The notes under the pieces: model-generated
What the model saw: the letters and a program-made list of their open reading frames with translations, nothing else
The model's database searches: none
What the model was told of the DNA's origin: nothing
Position numbers and translations under genes: made by a program
NCBI GenBank assembly: GCA_036406355.1
Contig: DASXBC010000046.1
Coordinates: 1 to 38,939 of the forward strand
Reading direction: 5' to 3'
Origin: Solirubrobacterales bacterium
GTDB lineage: Bacteria; Actinomycetota; Thermoleophilia; Solirubrobacterales; 70-9
DNA length: 38,939 bases
In this document: positions 34,020 to 38,939 of the stretch, one piece after another
Numbering within the stretch: position 1 is the first letter of the stretch
How the letters are laid out: each line of letters begins with the position of its first letter

Positions 34020-34910
34020 ATGGCACGCGCAGGAGCCCAGCGCGCGACGCTGACGCGTCACCATCACGAGCTCGGCTCGTCGAGCCGGGCGACGCGGAAG
34101 CCCGATCCGCGGCTCCTCGGCCTTCTGCACCGCGATCACATCGGGGTCAGCCACGAGGCCCAGGCGTTCGAGAGCTGGCTCGAGCCACCACAGCCGGTCG
34201 CGACCCTGATGATCAGCCTCGAGGACCCGCTGAGGACCGAGCGGGGGCCCCTGCCCCAGGCCTGGATCGCCGGGCTTGACGATAGGCCCGAGGTCGTCGC
34301 AACCGGCGGCCGGCATACCGAGGTCGATTTGAAGCTCACCCCGGTCGGCGCCCACATGCTCTGCGGGATGCCGATGCAGGAGCTGAGCCGGCGGATCGTC
34401 CCGCTCGAGGAGGTCTTCGGCCCGCGCGCGGCGACCCTCGCCGAGCGGCTGCGCGAGCGACGGGACTGGGACGCGCGGTTCGACCTCGTCGAGCGCCTCC
34501 TGCTCGAGCGCATCGACACGGCTGCCCGACCGGACCCGTTCGTCGTCGAGGCCGTCGCCCGGCTGGAGTCGAGCGAGGGCCGGCTCCGCATCGGGCGGCT
34601 TGCATCTGATCTCAACGTCAGCCGCCGCCACCTGACCACCCGCTTCCGCGCCCAGATCGGCCTGCCGCCGAAGACATTCGCGCGGCTGCTTCGATTCGAA
34701 TCCGTCCGCAGGCAGATGGGCGACCGCCCGCAGAGCTGGGCCGATCTCGCCGCGCGCTGCGGCTACGCGGACCAGTCTCACCTCAATCGCGAGTTTCGCG
34801 AGCTCGGAGGAACGACGCCGGCCGGCTTCCTCGCGCGCGTGCTGCCCGGGGGCGGAGCGGTCGGCGACGGAATCACATTCATCCAAGACAGCGGCGCGCG
34901 GCCCGCCTAG
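34020..34910 (+). CDS. AraC family transcriptional regulator
   Basis: 296-aa ORF with C-terminal dual HTH blocks (RIGRLASDLNVSRRHLTTRFRAQIGLPPKTFARLLRF and AARCGYADQSHLNREFRELGGTTPAGF). Start is uncertain because the ATG lies only 8 nt after the tRNA. Confidence 0.8.
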   Translation: MARAGAQRATLTRHHHELGSSSRATRKPDPRLLGLLHRDHIGVSHEAQAFESWLEPPQPVATLMISLEDPLRTERGPLPQAWIAGLDDRPEVVATGGRHTEVDLKLTPVGAHMLCGMPMQELSRRIVPLEEVFGPRAATLAERLRERRDWDARFDLVERLLLERIDTAARPDPFVVEAVARLESSEGRLRIGRLASDLNVSRRHLTTRFRAQIGLPPKTFARLLRFESVRRQMGDRPQSWADLAARCGYADQSHLNREFRELGGTTPAGFLARVLPGGGAVGDGITFIQDSGARPA

Positions 34911-34942
34911 CCTGACCCGTCCACGACACGAAGGAGGAGCCA

Positions 34943-35362
34943 ATGGCCGATCAGGTCAGCACCCAGACGTTATTCCCAGTCATCCGCTATCGCGACCCCG
35001 ACGCGGCGATCGAGTGGTTGGGGCGAGCCTTCGGCCTCACCGAGCGCGTCGTCTACCGCGACGACTCGGGCAATGTGATGCATGCCGAGCTCGAGCTCGG
35101 CGACGGGATGATCATGCTCGGACGGTCCGACCCATCGGGCTGGATGGGTGGCACCGCTCCGCAGCCGCTCGCCTCCTCGGTCAGCCTCTACGCCGTGATC
35201 GAGGACCCCGATGCCCATCACGATCGTGCGGTCGCTTCGGGCGCGAAGGTCGTCCGCGGGCTGACCGACCAGAGCTACGGCTCCCGCGAGTACAGCGCCC
35301 GCGACCTCGAGGGAAACCTCTGGTCGTTCGGCACCTACAGCCCGCCCGTCTCAGAAGATTGA
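34943..35362 (+). CDS. VOC (glyoxalase/bleomycin resistance) family protein
   Basis: 139-aa ORF with AAGGAGGA upstream. Blocks present: HAELELGDGMIMLG, and REYSARDLEGNLWSFGTY as a typical C-terminus. Confidence 0.85.
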   Translation: MADQVSTQTLFPVIRYRDPDAAIEWLGRAFGLTERVVYRDDSGNVMHAELELGDGMIMLGRSDPSGWMGGTAPQPLASSVSLYAVIEDPDAHHDRAVASGAKVVRGLTDQSYGSREYSARDLEGNLWSFGTYSPPVSED

Positions 35363-35866
35363 GCGGGGCCCGGCGCGCGCCAGCGCCGCGATGAAGGGCT
35401 CGCGCACCGCGGGGTCGCAGTGCTCGTCCTCGAGTTGCAGCTTCTCGGCCTCGGGCGCCGGTCCGGCGGGTATGTCCTCACCCGGGCCGCAGGCGAGCGG
35501 CAGCGAGCTCTTCCCGTCCCATCGCGGGCCCGCGAAGGTCGCGTCGATCGCGATCCGCGTTCCGTCGAGCTCGATCGTGAGATAGCGGTGCACGTCGACC
35601 AGCCCGCCGTCGGGGACGGTCGCAGCCGCCTGCTCGCCGAACAGTCCGGCGGCTCGATCGCGATCGAGCCGATTGACCCGGTGGACGATCCTGGGCCTGG
35701 TCGCCGGGAAGCGGCGGCCGAGCTCCTCGGCGAGGAAGAGGTGCTTGAGGGAGCAGGTGCCGCGCCCCTCCCTCCACATCGCCTCGACGCTGCGTTCCGT
35801 GGGGCGCCCGTACGCGAGCTCTCGCACGGCTTCGACCAACTCGATCAGCGTGGCGTCTGCGGGCAC
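35351..35866 (-). CDS. Transglutaminase-like (Cys-His-Asp) fold protein, putative
   Basis: 171-aa ORF with a GTG start. A candidate catalytic triad appears in the expected order and context: GRGTCSLKHLFLAEEL (Cys), LVDVHRYL (His), IAIDATF (Asp). This assignment is from motif memory only. Confidence 0.45.
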   Translation of the reverse strand: MPADATLIELVEAVRELAYGRPTERSVEAMWREGRGTCSLKHLFLAEELGRRFPATRPRIVHRVNRLDRDRAAGLFGEQAAATVPDGGLVDVHRYLTIELDGTRIAIDATFAGPRWDGKSSLPLACGPGEDIPAGPAPEAEKLQLEDEHCDPAVREPFIAALARAGPRSIF

Positions 35867-35899
35867 GATCGGTTCGATCGAGAAAGACTAGGGAAGCAC

Positions 35900-36394
35900 A
35901 TGAGCGAGCCGATCCGACTGGTGCCCTACGACCCCGCCTGGCCCGCCCGCTTCGAGAGCGAGCGGCTGCTCCTCGATGGCGCGATCGGGAGCTGGGCGGT
36001 CGGCGGCATCCACCACGTCGGCAGCACCGCCGTTCCCGGGCTCGCGGCGAAGCCGGTCATCGACATCCTCGTCGGCGTCGCCGACCTCGGCTCCTCGCGT
36101 GCCTGCTTCGAGCCGCTGGCCGAGCTCGATTACCTCTACGCGCCCTATCTGAAGCAGGAGATGCACTGGTTCTGCAAGCCCGACCCGGACCGGCGGACGC
36201 ACCACCTCCATCTCGTCCCCGAGGGAAGCCGGCGCTACCGCGACGAGCTCGCCTTTCGCGACCTTCTCCGCGCCGATGCGGCGATCGCCTGGGACTACAT
36301 GGAGCTCAAGGCCCGGCTCGCGGAGGAGTACGGGGATGACCGCGACGGGTACACCGAGGCCAAGACCGCGTTCGTAGAGCGCGCGCTCAGCTGA
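35900..36394 (+). CDS. GrpB family protein (UPF0157)
   Basis: C-terminal 164 aa of track ORF 35420..36394, from the ATG at 35900. Blocks present: LVPYDPAWPARFESE, IHHVGSTAVPGLAAKPVIDILV, HHLHLV. Confidence 0.85.
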   Translation: MSEPIRLVPYDPAWPARFESERLLLDGAIGSWAVGGIHHVGSTAVPGLAAKPVIDILVGVADLGSSRACFEPLAELDYLYAPYLKQEMHWFCKPDPDRRTHHLHLVPEGSRRYRDELAFRDLLRADAAIAWDYMELKARLAEEYGDDRDGYTEAKTAFVERALS

Positions 36395-37112
36395 CGGCTT
36401 CGATCGCGCGTTCGACGCTGCCGAGGCGAGGGCCGTCCTGAAGGGTCCGGGTCCCGTTCGGCCCGGTCACGATCGCCGCCAACCCGGTCCTGATTCCGAG
36501 GCCGGTGCCGAGCTGCTCGTAGCCCTTGAGCGTGGCCGTGATCGCACCGTCGGACCCGCTCTCGTCTTCGAGGTATTCGCGCCATTCTTCGACATCCAGC
36601 TCGCCGATCGACCCCGCGAGGGATTCGAGGAAGTCTTCGTCGATCCCGAACTTTTCGGCTTCGTCCTGGTTGCGGAAGAACAGGTACGTGTACTGCCAGC
36701 CGTAGCCCTGCTGGGCGGCGGCCTCGGCGCCGTAGAACCCGAGCTCGAGTTCGTTTTCGGCAACCGAGTAGTGGCGCATGAGGAGCTTCACGTCTCCCGG
36801 CCGGGCGAAGTTTTCGGTCAGGCTGGGGACGACCCCGAGGAACGATTCACGGCAGGAGGAGCACTGCATGTCGGTGAAGATCTGGATCGAGACCGGAGCG
36901 TCGGAGGAGCCGAGCCGGTCGTCTTCCTGGGGGACGCCGCCGAAGATCTCCTGCGCTTCCTCGATTCCCGCGACATGGACCACTTCCCGGCCGGCTTCGC
37001 GGGTCGCGGCCTGGACGAGGGCGTAGCCGAGCCCGACCACCGTCAGCACCAGCACGGCGATCACGAACAGGCGCCCCCGGCGCGGGATCGGGGTGGCGGC
37101 TGCTTCGGACAT
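36387..37112 (-). CDS. DsbA/thioredoxin-like thiol-disulfide oxidoreductase, membrane-anchored
   Basis: 241-aa ORF with an N-terminal TM helix (LFVIAVLVLTVVGLGYALV) and a CxxC motif in a thioredoxin-fold context (IFTDMQCSSCRESF). Confidence 0.7.
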   Translation of the reverse strand: MSEAAATPIPRRGRLFVIAVLVLTVVGLGYALVQAATREAGREVVHVAGIEEAQEIFGGVPQEDDRLGSSDAPVSIQIFTDMQCSSCRESFLGVVPSLTENFARPGDVKLLMRHYSVAENELELGFYGAEAAAQQGYGWQYTYLFFRNQDEAEKFGIDEDFLESLAGSIGELDVEEWREYLEDESGSDGAITATLKGYEQLGTGLGIRTGLAAIVTGPNGTRTLQDGPRLGSVERAIEAVS

Positions 37113-37191
37113 CGCCGCATTATCCCGTTCACCGACCCGCGGCCGCCGCGCCGATAGCCGGGCACAATCTCCGCAATTTGCGGCCGATCGG

Positions 37192-37220
37192 TTGACACGT
37201 CCGGCCTCCGAGGTAAAGAT
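37192..37220 (+). promoter_or_regulatory. Sigma-70-type promoter candidate (TTGACA-N16/17-TAAAGAT)
   Basis: Perfect -35 TTGACA at 37192-37197 and an AT-rich -10 region TAAAGAT at 37214-37220. It lies about 35 nt upstream of GGGAGG (37246-37251) and the GTG at 37258. Confidence 0.5.
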
Positions 37221-37257
37221 CTGGCTACGCGATTTTCACAGACCTGGGAGGTCCGCC

Positions 37258-37449
37258 GTGGCAAATCACCTCACTCCGTCCGAGCTCGCCGACGAGCTAC
37301 ACATGAAACGGCAGGAGGTGATCGGCAAATGCGTGGAGATGGGGGTTCCGATATTCCACGGCAGGATCGATAGATCGCTTTTCGAGACCTCCCTGAGGCA
37401 CGCACTGGCGATAACACCGAGCAGGGAACGCCGCGCCTCGGCCGCCTAG
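37258..37449 (+). CDS. Small (63 aa) helix-turn-helix-like protein, possibly IF2_N-like
   Basis: C-terminal part of track ORF 37093..37449, from the GTG at 37258 with GGGAGG 6 nt upstream. LTPSELADELHMKRQEVIGKCVEMGVPIF resembles the IF-2 N-terminal/HTH-type small domain. Weak assignment. Confidence 0.4.
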   Translation: MANHLTPSELADELHMKRQEVIGKCVEMGVPIFHGRIDRSLFETSLRHALAITPSRERRASAA

Positions 37450-37484
37450 CGGCCAGATTCCGCGCTTGAATTAGACTCCCCGTG

Positions 37485-38939
37485 ATGGAGGAGCGGGGAA
37501 CCCAATCCGCCACCCTTGCGGACCTGTTGCCGCGTGCGGCGGCGATGTACTCGGAGATGCCCGCGATCCGCTTCAAGCAGGGCGAGGAGTGGACGTCGCG
37601 CTCGTTTCGCGAGGTCGAGGAGACCGTCCGGCCGCTGGCGCTGGGGCTCGCCTCCCTCGGGGTCGAGAAGGGAGACAAGGTCTCGATCCTCGGCAACACG
37701 CGGCCCGAGTGGACCTACGCCGATTTCGCCGCCCTCTCGATCGGCGCCATCGTCGTCCCGATCTACCAGACGAACTCGCCCGAGGAGTGCCAGTACGTCC
37801 TCGAGAACTCCGACGCCAAGGTCGTGATCGTCGAGGACGACGAACAGCTCGAGAAGATTCGCAGCGTTCGCGAGCGGCTGCCGATGCTCGAGCACGTGAT
37901 CCGGATGACGGGATCGAGCGACGACGCGATCTCGCTCGAGGACCTCGCCGCCCGTGGCGGCGGCGGGGCCGGCGACTGGGAGCAGAGCTGGAGCTCGGTG
38001 ACGAAGGATGACGTCTGCACGTTCATCTACACGTCGGGCACGACCGGGCCGCCGAAGGGATGTGTGATCACCCACGGCAACTACCGGGCGATGCTCGACA
38101 TGATCAACAAGACGAGCGTCGTCGAACAGGAAGACGTCAGCTACCTGTACCTCCCTCTCGCCCACTCCTTTGCGCTTCTGGTCCAGCTCGGAAGCTTCGA
38201 CCTCGGCGCCACTCTCGCCTACTGGGAGCGCGACCCACTGAAGATCCTCCCCAACCTCGCCGAACTGAAACCGACCTACTTCCCGTCGGTTCCGCGCATC
38301 TTCGAGAAGATCTACACCGCGGCGACCAGCGGGATGGAAAAAGAGGGGGGCCTGAAAAAGGCGATCTTCGACTGGGCGATCAGGGTCGGCGGCAGGATGC
38401 GGGAGATGGAACGGGCAGGCCGCGAGCCGGGCTTCGTGCTTCGCAAGCAGTACGAATTCGCCGACCGGCGGGTGCTCTCGAAAATTCGCGGCCTGTTCGG
38501 CGGCAGGCTGCGGCTGGCGGTCTCCGGCGCGGCGCCGATCAACCCCGACATCCTCCGCTTCTTCGACTCCGCCGGCGTCCTCGTCCTCGAGGGCTGGGGA
38601 ATGACCGAGACGTCGACCGCGGCCACGATCTCCTCCCCCGACGACTTCAAGATCGGCACGATCGGCAAACCGTTCCCGGGCTGCGACATCAGGATCGCGG
38701 AGGACGGCGAGATCCTCGTCAAGGGCCCGAACGTATTCCAGGGCTATTACAAGAACGAGGAGGCGACCCAGGAGACGATCGTCGACGGCTGGCTCCACAC
38801 CGGCGACCTCGGCTCGATCGACGAGGACGGGTTCATCAGGATCACCGGCCGTAAAAAGGACATCATCATCACCGCCGGCGGCAAGAACATCACGCCGGCG
38901 AACCTCGAGAACGAGATCAAGCAGCATCCGCTCGTGTCC
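37485..38939 (+). CDS. fadD: Long-chain-fatty-acid--CoA ligase (AMP-dependent synthetase), 3'-truncated by the window edge
   Basis: Not in the ORF track because there is no stop in the window. ATG at 37485 (MEERGTQSATLADLLPRAAAMYSEMPAIRFKQGEEW). The AMP-binding motif IYTSGTTGPPKG sits at about 38025-38060, with GWGMTE and GWLHTGD further on. The frame is open to the last base. Confidence 0.9.
   Translation, partial: MEERGTQSATLADLLPRAAAMYSEMPAIRFKQGEEWTSRSFREVEETVRPLALGLASLGVEKGDKVSILGNTRPEWTYADFAALSIGAIVVPIYQTNSPEECQYVLENSDAKVVIVEDDEQLEKIRSVRERLPMLEHVIRMTGSSDDAISLEDLAARGGGGAGDWEQSWSSVTKDDVCTFIYTSGTTGPPKGCVITHGNYRAMLDMINKTSVVEQEDVSYLYLPLAHSFALLVQLGSFDLGATLAYWERDPLKILPNLAELKPTYFPSVPRIFEKIYTAATSGMEKEGGLKKAIFDWAIRVGGRMREMERAGREPGFVLRKQYEFADRRVLSKIRGLFGGRLRLAVSGAAPINPDILRFFDSAGVLVLEGWGMTETSTAATISSPDDFKIGTIGKPFPGCDIRIAEDGEILVKGPNVFQGYYKNEEATQETIVDGWLHTGDLGSIDEDGFIRITGRKKDIIITAGGKNITPANLENEIKQHPLVS

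Noticed and set aside
33843-34943. 366-aa minus-strand ORF
   Set aside because: It reads straight through the tRNA-Pro gene and is antisense to the AraC regulator, whose dual HTH is clear on the plus strand.
37446-38927. 493-aa minus-strand ORF covering almost the whole right end of the window
   Set aside because: It is antisense to an open plus-strand frame that contains unmistakable acyl-CoA synthetase motifs (YTSGTTGPPKG, GWGMTE, GWLHTGD). Its own translation is Arg/Asp/Gly/Leu-rich with no motif. This is the usual long shadow ORF of high-GC DNA.

Overview
This is a high-GC (about 70% by eye), very tightly packed chromosomal segment. It looks actinobacterial: many GTG/TTG starts, several apparently leaderless genes, an F420-type nitroreductase family member and a SigB/SigF-type sigma factor. 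The lineage cannot be fixed without a database search.

I call 47 protein-coding genes. Two are cut by the window edges and are missing from the ORF track: a 50-aa 3' fragment at the left edge and a fadD-like acyl-CoA synthetase that runs off the right edge. I also call one tRNA-Pro(CGG), one long intrinsic hairpin, and several promoter or operator candidates.

Gene content in order:
- FAH-GNAT-VOC block
- DUF4389 membrane protein
- Two SDRs flanking a deazaflavin-nitroreductase-family gene
- MBL-fold hydrolase
- TetR-glpK-plsC operon
- Amidase and a GT2 glycosyltransferase
- Stand-alone biotinyl-carrier-like protein plus enoyl-CoA hydratase
- AlkA-like glycosylase and a GH3 hydrolase
- Biotin cluster bioB-bioF-bioD, separated from bioA by an opposite-strand marR-MFS pair
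- Membrane-anchored hypothetical protein and a NUDIX hydrolase
- Hexapeptide acyltransferase plus a GT4 glycosyltransferase
- DUF3137-like protein and LemA
- Rubredoxin plus a GMC oxidoreductase, then SodA
- SigB-like partner-switching module
- Ferritin-like protein and a secreted clan GH-A hydrolase
- tRNA-Pro, AraC, VOC, a transglutaminase-like protein, GrpB, a DsbA-like protein, a tiny HTH-like ORF and the acyl-CoA synthetase

I saw no CRISPR array, IS element, integrase, phage gene, or recognisable defence or toxin-antitoxin module.

The two most unusual signals:
1. A ~60-nt sequence is conserved three times (5261-5323, 9181-9238, 11611-11672). Each copy is sense-oriented and sits 7-13 nt upstream of the start codon of a lipid/acyl-CoA-type gene. 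I do not recognise it as any known riboswitch or leader. It could be a shared operator plus leader, or a new cis-regulatory RNA.
2. The partner-switching module is organised atypically. The sigma gene and a two-domain RsbW-like kinase are convergent and overlap by 32 nt. The STAS antagonist is divergent and probably leaderless. A TM-GAF-PP2C phosphatase is coupled to an NTF2-like gene. Two GTTT-N16-GGGTAC promoter matches are present.

I did not find a convincing novel multi-gene system. Everything above rests on reading the sequence and on motif memory, not on searches.
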